Assembly: GCA_964016885.1 (NCBI GenBank)
Contig: OZ024741.1
Coordinates: forward strand, 163,990,001 to 164,054,000
Reading direction: 5' to 3'
From: Eledone cirrhosa
Lineage: Eukaryota
DNA: 64,000 nucleotides
How positions within the stretch are numbered: the first letter of the stretch is position 1; the number at the start of each line of letters is the position of its first letter. Shown here piece after piece: positions 42,923-57,482 of this stretch. The notes beneath the pieces are model-generated. The model was not told the origin of the DNA and made no database searches. It saw only the letters and a program-made list of their open reading frames with translations. A program made the position numbers and the translations under genes.

Positions 42923-43410
42923 GAAGGCGCGTGCCTTAGAGGTTAGGGTATTCAGCTCACAATTGTAAGGTCGTGAGTTCGATTCCTGGCGGCAGTTGTG
43001 TCCTTCACCAAGACACTTTATTTCACGTTGCTCCAGTCCACTGAGCTGGCAAAAATGAGTTGTACCGATAATTCGAACAGCCAGCCTTGTCACATTCCGT
43101 GTCACGCTGAATCTCCCAGAAAACTGCGTTAAGGGTACGCGTGCCTGTAGAATGCTCAGCCACTTGCACGTTAATTTCACGAGCAGGCTATTCCGTTGAT
43201 CGGATCAACTAGAACAGTCGTCGTCGTAACCGATGGATTACCTTCCCTCCTTCATCCTTCCATCTATGTATGTATGCTGGTAGATAGGTATACGTTAATA
43301 GTATGGGTGTCTGTGGAATGCTCAGACATTTTCACGTTAATTTCACGAGCAGGCTGTTCCATTGATCAGATCAACTGGAACACGCGTCGTCATAAACGAC
43401 GGAGGCCCTT
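42923..43410 (+). mobile_element. SINE family B, near full length, with a duplicated 3' part
   Basis: GAAGGCGCGTGCCTTAGAGGTTAGG (box A), GAGTTCGATTCC (box B), AAGACACTTTATTTCACGTTGCTCCAG; 3' segment repeated at ~43305-43410 and seen at ~16060-16220. Confidence 0.8.
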
Positions 43411-43491
43411 AGGAAGGAGGGTGTACTTTAGATATTGAGGTGTTGTTTGTTGAATTCTGAAAACCTTCGTTTCGTTTCTTGATGGTGTTAT

Positions 43492-43672
43492 TTGGCAGTA
43501 TTGGTAGAGTGTCGGATGCCATGATTTGGCGCATAGAGTTAGGGCCCTTGCCATTCTGAGTTCAAATCCCGCCGAGGTTAACTTTGCCTTTCATCCTTAC
43601 GGGTCGATAAAATAAAGTACCAGTAATACACTGGGTAATTGCTGGCCTTTTGCCTAACGTAGAAACAGTTAT
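43492..43672 (+). mobile_element. SINE family A
   Basis: Matches the consensus. Confidence 0.85.
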
Positions 43673-45367
43673 TTCCATTATTTCGCTTTGTGTCTTTTAA
43701 GCTTGTAAAAGTGTTTTTGTTTCCTTCATTTATACGCGCGTTTTGGGTGTTAGTTTATAGTTTAGGAATAGTTTACCAAGTGGCTGTAGTTGTTAGGTGT
43801 GAGGAACAGAGTGTGATGTCTGGGGAAATGATATTGTTGTTGGGTGAGACATATGAATGTGTGTCACTGGGTGGATATGTGTATACATGTGTGTGTTGGT
43901 GTGGATTTTTTAAGATGTAAAGTGAGTTTACTATGTTACCTCTTATTTTTTTGTACTATTTGAAGTCTTTTCTCAAAGGTGGAGTTTCTGAGTTTAAAAT
44001 ATAGTTTGGGCGCGTAACTTGGTGGGGTAGAAGGTGAGATCGCGGTTAGTAACTTGTAGATTCTTTTGATGACTATTACAGAGAGAGTAAAATAGTAGTG
44101 TTGGCAGCTGTTAGAGCTCTTGCTGTCCCTATTCTATAAAACAAATATTCCCTCACCATCCTCCGAGGAAACGCCTTCTCTATTCTGTCCGCCTTGGCCG
44201 TGGGGCTGCAAGCGCGTGGGCCCCCATTTGCTCATAATAGTGAGAGATGGGAAGGGTGAGAGAGACGGAGGCAGTAATAGTGGGAGTTTGGTTCCTTTGT
44301 GTTCGGACCTGGTGTATATCTATATGTTTCATGGACATACACTCACCCTGAGCCACTTACTACTGCTATTTAGAAACAAAATGTAAAATAGAGTTTCTGG
44401 TAATTTCAAATCAAAGCCATTATAAATACAATATTCTAGCAATAACAATAACAGTAGCGTTAAATCAATATATGAGAACAATAAGGGATACATTATGCAA
44501 TAACGTGATCTGCTATAATACAGTAGCCAAATCACTATCAAATCCCACATTTTCGCTTTTAGGAAAGGACTCATTGCTAAATACACTATGCATGAAAAAG
44601 TTGGAATGGCCATGGATGGAATATCTCTAACTGTAGGTATATATGGGCAAGACTGATTCAGTACTAAACAATAGGTATAACAGTGTACGTGATCTGTTCA
44701 AAAAAGAATCCGGCTTTGTTTTGTTCCCGTGGGAAGTAATGATGTTAGAGGTACAGAAAATGTGCAGAGTGGAGGTCGCATACACTCATGTGCATGCATG
44801 GTTTTGGGCGAGCTCGTTGGATGCGTCAGTGGCTGTTTGACAGGCAGCGTGTGAGGTGCTGTTCTTTCTACTCGCCGCATTTTCATTTCTCCAGATACTG
44901 CCAACTGGTATCCTTAGTTCCTGAATACCGTGATAACTGGAGATGAGTCGAATGTGTATGTATACAATTCGAAAATGAAAGGTCAATCATCACAGGGGAA
45001 ACGTCCAACGTCGACATGGGCCCCAAAATCACACTGAGTGCGAAGCAAAACCAAGATGATACTGACTGTTTTCTTCAAAAAGACAAACAGTTAAAACGGA
45101 GTATTATCATGAAGTCCCCAATGTCTTCGCGTAAGAAGTTCAGCGTAAATGGCCGAAATTTTAGGGCTCATTAAACAGACAGCTACGACATACGTTCTTG
45201 CTCATTTGTTGCAGCTGATCCAAGGATTTTTGGCTCTTTCACTAAGCTCCCAGTTCCCCTGCGATGGCTTTCCTTGGCTTTGATTGTTTCAAAAAAAATA
45301 AAAATGCCTCAAATCACACACTCCTATGTTAAATAGAGATAGACTCACTGCTTAATGTAATCTAGAG

Positions 45368-45747
45368 CAGGCATGTCAAACATGCGGCCCTTTACAAGCA
45401 CACCTGCGGCCCATACAAAGATTTTTACAGTGCGAGCGTGTTTTATCTTCATAATTGTTTCTACTGTTGGCACAAGGCCAGCAATTACGCACTACATTAC
45501 TGGTACTTTATTTTATCGACCCCGTAAGGATGAAAGGCAAAGTTAACCTCGGCGGGATTTGAACTCAGACCGTAAGGGACGTAACTATGCTAGAAAGCAT
45601 GGCGTCCGACCCTCCACTGATACTGCCAATTCACCGCCGAAATAAAAACATTTGTTGTAATGTGCGCAGTTAGTTGTCGTGTGTGGCCCTCAGACAACAC
45701 ATGTGACCCGTGTGACCCTCGGGAGAACCCTCAGTTTGACATGTCTG
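45368..45747. mobile_element. hAT (Charlie-type) MITE with a nested family A SINE (~45451-45640, minus)
   Basis: TIRs CAGGCATGTCAAAC / GTTTGACATGTCTG; perfect 8-bp TSD ATCTAGAG. Confidence 0.9.
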
Positions 45748-46070
45748 ATCTAGAGTACATTATTCCTGAGGAGAAAACGGGATTGTTACAGCTGGAATCT
45801 GATTTTCTAAACTATTATTTATAATGATTGACTATTATTATGGAGGATTGGCATCGAGTTACGGTCCTTTACGTTCTGAGTTCAAATCCCGCCGAGATTA
45901 GATTTGTCTTCCATCCTTATAAGATAAAGTACCAGTCATGCACTGGGGTCGATTTAATCTAATTGACCCCCCCGCCCCTCACAAACATTGCTGGCCTTGT
46001 GCCTATAGTAGAAATTATCATTATTATTGTAATTCTCGTTGAAATGCACATATTTCATATTTCAAATACT

Positions 46071-46622
<552 letters not shown>

Positions 46623-46859
46623 TTCAAGAGTACCCAATCTTAAAGAGAGAGATATAGATAGGAGAGGAGATAGGAGAGGAGAGATTGGGGGATTATTTAG
46701 AAGCCAAAGCGTAAAGGCATGTGCTCAATGTGCAATATGCAGTGGAAGGCAGCTAGGTGGCTGGGTTCATGCAGAGGTTAGGTGCACAGAGCTGGAAATA
46801 TTCATTAGTTAAGCAGGGAACCATAATGGTGGCAGTGGCCTGCTTCCTACTCCAAGTAG

Positions 46860-47572
46860 CAAACTAAAAATCAACCCTAGAATAGGAATGAGCAAAGGGA
46901 TGACAAATAACAAATGCCCAGGTAATAATAACCCTATGAAGGCCCCTACCAACTCCACTAGAACCCCTAGAAAGAATAGGCCTAGAAATATCACCTCATC
47001 TAATCTAGCCACTAATATCCCTAAACGCTTCTTCTCTATCCTATCTAATCATCCCCCCCCCCCACCATAGATATTACAAACTCTTTAATAAAAATAACCT
47101 TAAAATCTCATTCTCCACAACACCTAACCTAGCTAGCCACATCGCATTCAGTAACCATCATAAACTAAGACAGTATAAATCCCACACCGCGGTACCACCA
47201 CCCCCATCAAATACACCACGCCAGTACACCAATACTTACTCTAGTAGCACACCTCCCCCATCTAATCCCTCTAGCACTGACCAACCGCTTAGGTTAAACA
47301 ACCCTACTCTCACTAACCGCAAAAGCAACTGCAACTGCCGTTACCCTAATGCATGCCCACTAAATGGACACTGTCTGACACCCAATATAGTGTATAGGTG
47401 CACGGTTAAAACTGCTTCGCATACCAGCTCCTATATCGGGTCTACCTCTAACCCTTTTAAGGTACGCTATAACGCGCACTCTTTTTCCCTCCGAGACCCT
47501 AACAACAGATGTTCGACATCTCTAGCTAGTCTCATTAAAAACCTTAAATTAACCAACATTGAACTCTCACTA
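46860..47572 (+). pseudogene. Truncated Naiad-like PLE fragment (thumb/linker and GIY-YIG)
   Basis: YKLFNKNNLKISFSTTPN...CNCRYPNACPLNGHCLTPNIVYRC...SYIGSTSNPFKVRYNAH, homologous to the C-terminus of ORF 49551-51548; frameshift at a poly-C run. Confidence 0.8.
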
Positions 47573-47782
47573 ATGTCCTTAGAATTTTTAGATAAAATAT
47601 ATACCATTTCCTCTCCCAATTAACATAATTGGGAGAGGAAATGGTATATATTTTATCTAATAATTCTAAGGACATGATTTATGATATATTGCTCTGTTTA
47701 TTTAATTTATTAATTCTTCATTGAGCCACAACGTGACCGGTTGCCACATATATATCTATGACTTTATGTATATATAAATCTT
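47573..47782 (+). mobile_element. Fold-back PLE-type mini-element (family Y)
   Basis: Palindrome 47573-47675 with ~50-bp arms, containing CTCTCCCAATT-loop-AATTGGGAGAG-GAAA; second copy at 53068-53250. Confidence 0.7.
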
Positions 47783-49506
<1,724 letters not shown>

Positions 49507-49550
49507 ATATAAGATCAAAAGATGGTTAAAGGAGTTCCATATATTTTATT

Positions 49551-51548
49551 ATGCGCATTTCAAAAACAAACATCATCAAACTTAAGTATCGTAAAACCAA
49601 CCATGAAAATTTAGAATGCATAAACCTTGAAGCCTATGAGATTATGTCAAAACTTGGCATTGAAAAAAAGACCGAACCATTCCTCCCAAGAACTCCGAGG
49701 ATAAATCTCAAGGATCACAAAAACAATTTTCGCACTGAACTACCTGTTAGATTAATCGCCCCCTCTAAATCTGATCTGGGGGTTGTTAGTAAAGGCATCT
49801 TGGATAGGATTATCCCACAGGTTAGTTCTAATTGCTCTTCTTTAAACCTAAATTTATGGTTTGGTACTTCTGAAGTGATTGGCTGGTTCAACAAATTGGA
49901 TAATAAAAACAAACTAAAATTTATTCAATTCGATATTGCCAGCTACTATTCCTCCATTTCGCCTTCACTTCTTAATAATGCTCTATCTTTCGCACTTAAA
50001 TATTCTGACATCACCACAGATGAACTTCACATCATCCTCACCGCACGTAAAACCATCCTAGAGTTCAACAACGAATATTGGACCAGAGCCGATACCTCTA
50101 ACAACTTCGACATCACAATGGGAGCATCCGATTCATCCCAATTGACTGATTTAATTGGTATCTTCATTTTGAACTCTTTGAGTCGGAAAATTCCTCAACT
50201 TCGCGGTGGAATTTATCGTGACGATGGACTCTTTACTATCCTAAATTGCAATATAGTTAAACTTAATATTATTAAGAACAATATACGTAATCTCTTTAAC
50301 CAACATAACCTAAAAATTGAATTTGATAATAGTATCAAACTAGCTAATTTCTTGGATGTATCTTTTAATCTTGACACTGGCCTATATTACCCTTACCATA
50401 AAAACAATGAGAATCTTAATTATGTTAACTTTAAATCTAACCATCCTACCAATATCAAGAATGCTATAGTTAATAATATTGGAAATAGAATATCTAACAT
50501 ATCTTCTAATAAAAACATCTTTGATGTTAACGCCAATTACTATAATAACGCACTTTCTAAAGCCGGCTATCCAGATAAAATCAAATATAATAAAGAAACA
50601 AATTCTAGGAAAACTTACAGTAGAATAATTAATCATAACCATTCCAATAATTTTAATAAAAGACCTAGATACAAAAACATAATCTGGTATAATGCTCCTT
50701 TCTCCATCTCTATTAATAACAATATTCCTAAATTATTTTTTAGTGCCTTAAATAAATGCTTCCCTCCCTCACATATCTATAGTAAAATATTTAACAAACA
50801 CACCATCAAATTTTCGTATTCTACATCCTCCAATATTTCCAACATCATCTCTAAACACAACAACAAAATATTAAATACTAAATCTCTTCCTTCCAATATT
50901 GAATTTCATAATAACAGTAATAGTACTCCTGACGTCATTGTAAACCCTAGGCTAACTTCTGTAAACCCAAATACAACGTCAAACACAACTTCGCTAAATG
51001 TTCATAATCCAACTCTAAATCAAGAAACTATTATTCCTATTATTCCTATCGCAAACAACTTCTCCAATCCAATTCCTTCTATAGATAACACTAGATCACT
51101 CATTAATAATCTCTCTAATTGCAACTGCCGCATTAAAATTAAATGTCCTCTCAACAACCATTGCCTCGATAAAAACTTAATTTATGAATGTAAAATTATA
51201 ACTAGCACCAATTCCTTCACCTATTTTGGCTCCACTTCCACCTCTTTTAAAGCTCGTCTCTATAATCATCATTCATCTTTCAAATACAAACTTAAAAGAA
51301 CTAACACTGCTCTCTCAGAACTCATATGGTCCTTAAAAGACAAAAACATTAAATATAGCATCTTTTGGAAAAAGATTTCTTCTGCATCCTCATACTTGAA
51401 CAGCTCTCTATCTAAAATCTGTAATCTCTGCCTAAATGAAAAATTTACCATTATCTCTAACCTAGAATCCATAATAAATAGACGCTCAGATTTGTTTTCT
51501 ATCTGCCTGCATAAATTCCATAGAACTTTTCACAAAGTATACAGTTAA
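49551..51548 (+). CDS. PLE reverse transcriptase + C-terminal GIY-YIG endonuclease (Naiad-like)
   Basis: LKDHK..F....PVRLI; FIQFDIASYYSSI; TMGA; GGIYRDDGL; FLDVSF; CNC..CPL..C, LIY..YFGST..FKARL.NH, CNLCLNEK..C.H; clade call from remembered motif pattern. Confidence 0.9.
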   Translation: MRISKTNIIKLKYRKTNHENLECINLEAYEIMSKLGIEKKTEPFLPRTPRINLKDHKNNFRTELPVRLIAPSKSDLGVVSKGILDRIIPQVSSNCSSLNLNLWFGTSEVIGWFNKLDNKNKLKFIQFDIASYYSSISPSLLNNALSFALKYSDITTDELHIILTARKTILEFNNEYWTRADTSNNFDITMGASDSSQLTDLIGIFILNSLSRKIPQLRGGIYRDDGLFTILNCNIVKLNIIKNNIRNLFNQHNLKIEFDNSIKLANFLDVSFNLDTGLYYPYHKNNENLNYVNFKSNHPTNIKNAIVNNIGNRISNISSNKNIFDVNANYYNNALSKAGYPDKIKYNKETNSRKTYSRIINHNHSNNFNKRPRYKNIIWYNAPFSISINNNIPKLFFSALNKCFPPSHIYSKIFNKHTIKFSYSTSSNISNIISKHNNKILNTKSLPSNIEFHNNSNSTPDVIVNPRLTSVNPNTTSNTTSLNVHNPTLNQETIIPIIPIANNFSNPIPSIDNTRSLINNLSNCNCRIKIKCPLNNHCLDKNLIYECKIITSTNSFTYFGSTSTSFKARLYNHHSSFKYKLKRTNTALSELIWSLKDKNIKYSIFWKKISSASSYLNSSLSKICNLCLNEKFTIISNLESIINRRSDLFSICLHKFHRTFHKVYS

Positions 51549-52537
51549 TATTCAATTCTTTATCAATTTAGAATCTTTTCTCAAAGGCACATATACATAC
51601 ACCTCTTTAAAATATACCCATCTACCTTACTTTAAAGGGCATTATACACTCTATAATACTCGTTTACTCATTACCCTCATTCTATCTTCTCGTAAAACAA
51701 TAACATTTGTTTTTGACATTTTGAATATTCATCCGCAATCATTATTATTTTTTCTCTCTATCATAAATCTTTTTAATCTCAATTTCATCCTTAATTTATT
51801 ATTATTTTTTTCTCCCCATCAACGAACTCATTATTAATACATATGAATTCAATATACAAACTTTAACTTCACATTATTTTTCTCAAATCCTTCTACACAT
51901 AAACCTTAACATTTCTCTCTTTGCTAATTTTGAAATTGCCACAATACATACATTTCTTCTTTTGACGTTAGAATATTCACCCACAATTATTATTTTTTTC
52001 TCTCTATCTTCATACATAATTTCCCTTCGTTAATTTTTAAATTCCTTTAATTTATACATTATCTTCCAACGGTTCCCAACCTCTCTATATTAAAACAATA
52101 TATCTTTTTCTCAGTTATAAAAACTATCTCTTTCTCTCTATCACCCATCTCTCCCTCTCCACCTTCACTCTCATCTCCTCCCCCTTTTTTTCATCCTTTC
52201 CACCCCCCCCCCTCCCTAAATAAAATATTTTTTCGTCGCACATATCCCCCCTTCGTTAATTTTCAAAATTTTTAATTTATACAGTATCTTCCAACGGTTT
52301 TCAACCCCTCTATATAAAAAATATATCTCCTCTCAGTTATAAAAACTATCTCTTTCTCTTTATCACCCATCTCTCCCTCTCATCTCCTTCCCTTCTCATC
52401 CTTCGCCCCCCCCCCCCCCCTCTCTAAATAAAATATTTTTCCCAATATCACACATCAATCTAAAACCACTTTTCATATGTTGATTTAAAACTGCACTATC
52501 AACAAGTGTTTTTTAGCCTTCATATCATGTTCTCCTG

Positions 52538-52604
52538 TTTTATCTGATGAAAACACAAATATTATTGCTTGATGATGTTTGTTTTTGAAATGCGCATAAT
52601 AAAA
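52538..52604 (+). ncRNA. Type I hammerhead ribozyme in the PLE pLTR (palindromic stem III ATGCGCAT)
   Basis: TTTTAT-CTGATGA-long stem II with G.U pairs-GAAA-TGCGCA-TA-ATAAAA; predicted cleavage after 52598. Confidence 0.85.
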
Positions 52605-52727
52605 TATATGGAACTCCTTTAAGCATCTTTTGATCTTATATTATGCATACTCCAGTCCCACAAACTGTAGAGTGCTTCTTATCCGATATCTGCATTGCTT
52701 TATTGTACTACAATAAAACTCACCTCC

Positions 52728-52789
<62 letters not shown>

Positions 52790-53067
52790 CATATATATAT
52801 ATGGCTGTGCGAATGATTGTTTAAGCATCGTCTCAGTGTGTTGGTATTAAACGTTAGTTATAGCTCTGGTTTAACCGAACCATTGAGCACTTTGCAGCAC
52901 ATTTCGAAGATTGTTTTTCGTTATTTCGTCGGCCGAAGTTCCGATTCTCGATAATTTATTTGTATTTATTTACATATATATATATATATATATACACATA
53001 TATATATATCATAAATCATATATACCATATAAATCATATATACACACATATATATATATCATAAATC

Positions 53068-53250
53068 ATATATACCATTTCCTCTCCCAATTAACATAAT
53101 TGGGAGAGGAAATGGTATATATTTCATCTAATAATTCTAAGGACATGATTTATGATATATTGCTCTGTTTATTTAATTTATTAATTCTTCATTGAGCCAC
53201 AACGTGACCGGTTGCCACATATATATCTATGACTTTATGTATATATAAAT
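53068..53250 (+). mobile_element. Fold-back mini-element family Y, second copy
   Basis: Palindrome 53068-53122; downstream sequence nearly identical to 47652-47782. Confidence 0.7.
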
Positions 53251-53258
53251 CTTTATAT

Positions 53259-53380
<122 letters not shown>

Positions 53381-53421
53381 CATATACACATATATATAAA
53401 TATATACATATATATATATAC

Positions 53422-53484
<63 letters not shown>

Positions 53485-53582
53485 TATATACATATATATA
53501 CATATAATATATATATATATACATATATATATATATTCATATATATATATATATACATATATATATAAGTAAATAGACCCCC

Positions 53583-53630
<48 letters not shown>

Positions 53631-53696
53631 GTATATATATATAGAGATATGTATATATATGTATATATATATACATATATATATATGTATATATAT

Positions 53697-53777
<81 letters not shown>

Positions 53778-53780
<3 letters not shown>

Positions 53781-53980
53781 CGAAGGAAATGTGGTAAGGA
53801 ACCAGGTGAACCATAACGCACCAAAGTACTCAATACTTAGGGTAGTAGAGTGGGTAATAGGAATGAGTAGGACCCCGACCGCTGAGCTCAAGCCGTTTCG
53901 ACGGCTAATTCTGGACTAAATTTAGTCCAGAATTAGCCGTCGAAACGGCTTGAGCTCAGCCGTCGGGGTCCTACTCGTTC
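53778..53980. mobile_element. Fold-back mini-element family X in (TA)n
   Basis: Palindrome 53861-53980 centred on CTAAA|TTTAG. Confidence 0.8.
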
Positions 53981-54003
53981 ATATATATATATATATACTT
54001 ATA

Positions 54004-54063
<60 letters not shown>

Positions 54064-54181
54064 TAAACGGAATAGAAAATGCTGACAAATTGTTCACAGT
54101 TGAAAAATGTTTTAATTAGGAATAAAAGAGTATTAGTGATTGTATGGGTTAGTATTCAGTTGTGGTTTTAAGTTTTTAAGT

Positions 54182-55030
54182 AGGGAAAGAATGGCATTGG
54201 AAAAAATGAAGACAGAAATTGAACTTCTTAAACTGAGGGCCCAGACAAATGAGGAAAAAATCAAAACCATCGATGAAGAGATCCTCCTGGAAATCAACAA
54301 CAAAACTTAAGGCCCCAAGGTAGAGAAGATCTCCAAATTATGGAAAGGGGACTGCAACAGAGAAGAACTGAAATCCCTTCAACGCTGGGAAAAAAGTGCC
54401 GCTTGGTTCCTACACTATGAATCGACTTTTCAAACGGATTACACCTCCAATAACCCGTTCATAAAAATAGGAAAACCCATAACTGAACCGCACAACAACT
54501 TCTCAAACCGCCAAGCCTCAAACAAACGAAGAAGGAAGCACCACACCGAAGATGAACTTCCCAACCTCGCTACCATAAGAAGGAACAAAAACCCAAGAAA
54601 TCATCTCCCCCAGAATGACATTTACAACTTTCCCCCTTCAAGGAGACACCATACCAAATCACTCAACTACTACGCGGATTCCTCATCGTCAAACATAGGA
54701 AAAAGATACCACCGCCATGATAGAAGGGGACAGCAAGGTAATTACCATTTTCTCAACTCTCACTTCCACAATACACAACAATCCCACACCACACGATACA
54801 ACCAACAACGTAGGCCACTTATAACATCACAATACAACATGGCACATAGAAACACACACCCATACTCGCAGTACAGGAACACCCCATTCAATCTACAACC
54901 ACCAACCCGAACCACATTTTACAACAACAAGGAATATAACAATCACAGGAGACCACTTAACATCAGCAGACAACCCCTCTACCCCAACCATTTTTTAGAC
55001 ACAGCACACAGATACAGGCAAACAAAATAA
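54182..55030 (+). pseudogene. ORF1 of the Neptune-like PLE (coiled-coil-like N part, basic H/N/R/Q-rich C part), with one premature stop
   Basis: Single frame of 283 codons (MALEKMKTEIELLKLRAQTNEEKIKTIDEEILLEINNKT*GPKVEKISKLWKGDC...NHFLDTAHRYRQTK*); the only internal stop is TAA at 54308-54310. Confidence 0.7.
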
Positions 55031-57315
55031 CACAAGACAGGGAGGAGAAACCGATAGTAATAAAAATTATCAATCTTACTAGTGCAGAACCAACACCCAA
55101 CCTTATCAACTTACTCTCCAAAGGTCTTAAATTCACACCGACCCCACTACGTCCTAACTACTATGAAATGAAGGAAGACATCACAGACTTCTGTAGAAAG
55201 TTACGACTTAGTGAACAACTATTCGACCAGTACAATGAGGATGAATCATTAGCCAGAAATAGAAGCAATTACACCCCTTCAAAAGGTAGAAATAAAATCC
55301 TGGACGAATTCTGTGAACACAACACAAACTTCCCTTACACACACTTGCACAGACAAAAACACAAGCCAAACCTCAACAAGAAAGAATGGGAAGAATTAAA
55401 TAGATTAAAAACCGACAGAACCATTACAATTAAAGAGGCTGATAAAGGGAGTACAGTAGTCCTAATGGAGACAGAATTCTATATCAACTTAGTGCTCTCC
55501 ACTTTGGAAAACGAAACATACTACGAAAAGGCTGAACACTACAATCAACAGAAAATTATGAGAAACCTAAAAACTCTAATCAACCAATACAAAGAAGGAC
55601 TCACTAACAAGGAATTCAGCTTCATCACAGACTTCACAAGTAAATCCAGCCTTTTCTACGGTATCCCTAAAGTACATAAAAGCGAATCAATCAGTAAGGC
55701 ATGCAAGGAAGCCACAGACATAGTCATCAATGTCCCCTCACCCAATGATCTTAAATTAAGACCTATAATAGCAGGCCCCGCTTGCGAAACGCACCGTCTT
55801 AGCAACTTCATTGATACCCTTCTCAAACCCTTCCTCAAGCACATCAAAAGCTATATAAGGGACGACCTAGATATGCTCAATCACCTCCCTAATATGCCAC
55901 TTTCTGAACAAACCCTACTAGTGACGTTCGATGTAGTCAACCTATACTCCAACATCCCCCACAACCTAGGAATAGAAGCTATCCAATTCTGGCTGGATAA
56001 TTTCCACAATGAACTCCCACAACGCATCAAAAAAGAATTCGTGATAGAGGGACTCAAATTTATCTTGGAGAACAATTACTTCGTTTTCAATAACAAACCC
56101 TACAGGCAGAAATCTGGGGCCGCTATGGGAACGAAAACAGTCCCTACTTATGCCAACCTAGTCATGGGATACCTGGAAATCACCCTCTACACTAAAGTCC
56201 TAAACAAATTTGGAAACACCCTCCACTTACACATTGAAAGGAACTGGAAGCGATATCTAGATGACTGCTTCATCCTTTGGCACGAAAACATCGAAAAACT
56301 TAAAGAATTTCACACCCTTATAAATGGGCTCGACACAAATATTAACTTCACGATGGAATACAGCCATCAACAACTCCCCTTCCTCGACATCCTCATTAAG
56401 ATCCATAACAAAAAAATAGAAACAGACATATACTACAAGCCCACAGACTCCAAGCAATACCTCCCCTTCAACTCTTGCCACCCTAGACACGTTAAAATTA
56501 ATATTCCCTACAACTTAGCCAAGAGAATCTGTACTATAGTCTCCAATAAAAACATCTGCTACTTACGGCTAAAAGAACTAAAGGACACACTCATAGGCAG
56601 GGACTACCCTGCATCACTAATTGACAATGGAATCCAACGTGCCCTAAAACTCAGTACCCAGGACCTTAGACACCCTAAAGTAAATCAACCAAAACTAAAA
56701 GCTCTTCCATACATCTCCACACACAACCCCCTCAACAATGAGGCCTTTGACACCATCCTCCAGAACATCCCTGTATTGAAAAAGGACCATAGAATGAACC
56801 AAATTCTACGAACACACGATATCATAAAGAGCAAAAGACAATCCAAGTCAATGAAAAACATCTTAACACATGCCAAAGTACTGCCAACCACAACAACGAA
56901 ACCCACAGTAAAAAAATGCGATAGACCCAACTGTGGAATTTGCATCAACCTAATAGAGGGTTCGGAATTCTATTTCAAAGATGGACAACGTTTTATAGTA
57001 AAACACAATTTCACATGTGCATCGGAAAATCTAATATATGCATTAACTTGTTCAGGTTGTCGAGAACAATACATAGGCCAGACCAAAAACCGCCTCCGCC
57101 AACGCATGACTGTCCATAGATCCCAAATTAAAATACGGGAATACAGGAAAATACCACTGAGTGAACACATTGATACCTGTGCCGCCCAAAATCATCCCAA
57201 CTTCAGAATCTTTCCCCTCTACAAATTTAAAGATAATGCCACCCACACCCAGCGCATCAGCAAGGAATCTTACTTCATTAACAAATACGGACCCCGTCTA
57301 AACACTTCTCCCTAA
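54961..57315 (+). CDS. PLE reverse transcriptase + GIY-YIG endonuclease (Neptune-like); frame open from 54961, first ATG at 55168
   Basis: IINLTS..LLSKGLKFTPTP upstream of the ATG; IKEADKGS; FYGIPKVHK; LRPII; LVTFDVVNLYSNI; GAAMGT; WKRYLDDCF; PFLDI; CDRPNCGIC..FTCASENLIYALTCSGC.EQYIGQT. Confidence 0.92.
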   Translation, partial: HQQTTPLPQPFFRHSTQIQANKITQDREEKPIVIKIINLTSAEPTPNLINLLSKGLKFTPTPLRPNYYEMKEDITDFCRKLRLSEQLFDQYNEDESLARNRSNYTPSKGRNKILDEFCEHNTNFPYTHLHRQKHKPNLNKKEWEELNRLKTDRTITIKEADKGSTVVLMETEFYINLVLSTLENETYYEKAEHYNQQKIMRNLKTLINQYKEGLTNKEFSFITDFTSKSSLFYGIPKVHKSESISKACKEATDIVINVPSPNDLKLRPIIAGPACETHRLSNFIDTLLKPFLKHIKSYIRDDLDMLNHLPNMPLSEQTLLVTFDVVNLYSNIPHNLGIEAIQFWLDNFHNELPQRIKKEFVIEGLKFILENNYFVFNNKPYRQKSGAAMGTKTVPTYANLVMGYLEITLYTKVLNKFGNTLHLHIERNWKRYLDDCFILWHENIEKLKEFHTLINGLDTNINFTMEYSHQQLPFLDILIKIHNKKIETDIYYKPTDSKQYLPFNSCHPRHVKINIPYNLAKRICTIVSNKNICYLRLKELKDTLIGRDYPASLIDNGIQRALKLSTQDLRHPKVNQPKLKALPYISTHNPLNNEAFDTILQNIPVLKKDHRMNQILRTHDIIKSKRQSKSMKNILTHAKVLPTTTTKPTVKKCDRPNCGICINLIEGSEFYFKDGQRFIVKHNFTCASENLIYALTCSGCREQYIGQTKNRLRQRMTVHRSQIKIREYRKIPLSEHIDTCAAQNHPNFRIFPLYKFKDNATHTQRISKESYFINKYGPRLNTSP
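54991..54997 (+). promoter_or_regulatory. Candidate -1 ribosomal frameshift slippery heptamer T TTT TTA
   Basis: In phase with ORF1 (caT TTT TTA gac), inside the 70-nt ORF1/RT overlap; a -1 shift enters the RT frame. Confidence 0.65.
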
Positions 57316-57482
57316 GACGAACCCACAACATACACACGTCAACATACATACCTACATCAGCACACATCTTTACCCACATATAAACACAATGACACACGTA
57401 AACACACATGCTCTATGGTGCAATACAAAAAAATATATGTGCATATATATGTATGTATATATGTATATATATATATATATGT

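Noticed and set aside
45185-45300. Possible minus-strand host exon ending in a GTATGT donor; similar hints at ~14865-14935 and ~15200-15330
   Set aside because: Short open frames with weak splice signals and no recognisable protein motif; transcript alignment would be needed.
51120-51548. Possible selenocysteine recoding in the Naiad-like element
   Set aside because: Some Naiads are reported to encode selenoproteins, but this ORF has no in-frame TGA and ends in TAA.
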